This document shows positions 63,240 through 64,000 of a stretch of DNA of 64,000 bases, one piece after another; position 1 is the stretch's first letter; every line of letters begins with the position of its first letter. Source of the stretch: Anthoceros angustus (taxonomy: Eukaryota > Plantae > Anthocerotophyta); the NCBI GenBank assembly GCA_010909165.1, contig MU008152.1, positions 372,001 through 436,000 on the forward strand, in the 5' to 3' direction. Position numbers and translations under genes: made by a program. The notes beneath the pieces are model-generated. The model was not told the DNA's origin and made no database searches. It saw nothing but the letters and a program-made list of their open reading frames with translations.

Positions 63240-64000
63240 TCAACTGGGCTGGCTGCAATGCTGGTGCTGGTGCAAGAAGCTTCGGTGCAGCCGAGTACCT
63301 GGAAGCCCTGTCCAAGGCCATCCTCTTCTACGAGGGGCACCGATCTGGGCCGCAGCCCACGTCCCAGAGATTTACGTGGAGGGGGGATTCTGGCTTGACT
63401 GACGGCTCCTCCTCCAGCGTAGATTGTGGGAGGATACTACGACGCTGGCGACAATGTGAAGTTCGGCCTGCCCATGGCCTTCACCATCACGCTGCTGTCG
63501 TGGACGGTGATCGAGAAGGGCAAGGAGCTGGCTGCAGCGGGAGAGATGACGCACGCACAAGACGCCATCCGTTGGGGGACTGACTATCTGCTCAAAGCTC
63601 ACACAGGGCCAAGCGAGCTGTACGTTCAAGTGGCGGATCCGACGCCACCAACCCAGGCTCCGATGCTGCTGCGGAAACGGCTGCCGCTCTGGCTGCTGCC
63701 TCCATTGTGTTCCAAGCCACTGATGCCCAGTACTCTGCTACGCTTTTGGCGAGCACCACTGAGCTCTTCTCGTTTGCGGATGGGTACAGAGCGGCATACA
63801 GCGACGGGTCGCTCAAGTCGCAAGTGTGCCCATTATACTGCTCCTACTCGGGCTTCAAGGATGAGCTGCTATGGGGAGCAGCCTGGCTGTACTAGGCATC
63901 CAGGGACCACAAGTACCTGCAATACCTTGTGGACAACGGCGAGGAGTTGGGTGGCGCCACCACCTCCGCCCCCACACTCAGCTGGGATAACAAATACGCG
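63240..64000 (+). pseudogene. GH9 endoglucanase pseudogene (copy 2), 5'-truncated, runs off the window
   Basis: Nearly identical to 58190-59010 but with its own lesions: frameshift at agattgtggga (about 63420), ~70-bp deletion near 63640, and TAG at about 63893 where copy 1 has AAG. Confidence 0.9.

Overview
Eukaryotic land-plant nuclear DNA with short GT-AG introns. It is probably a hornwort; this is an inference from the PGxSWW variant of the PPR editing-factor C-terminus. Conserved genes, in order: RUNKEL/ULK4 kinase (-), ABCG half-transporter (-), ARID-ELM2/SANT protein (+), Pumilio (+), CPL4-type CTD phosphatase (+), an intronless fungal/bacterial-type DHA2 MFS efflux pump (+), three tandem PLS-class PPR genes with decayed DYW tails (+), and an HD-Zip I gene (-) lying between two broken GH9 endoglucanase copies. 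The intergenic DNA holds LINE remnants, gene fragments (PPR, METTL13-like) and local tandem duplications. The most unusual object is a ~3.06 kb segment (15360-18421). It is bounded by a perfect 26-bp inverted repeat with GGTA direct repeats outside it, and it carries a disrupted prokaryote-type beta-class N6-adenine/N4-cytosine DNA methyltransferase but no recognisable transposase. All family assignments are by eye from sequence motifs; no database searches were run.
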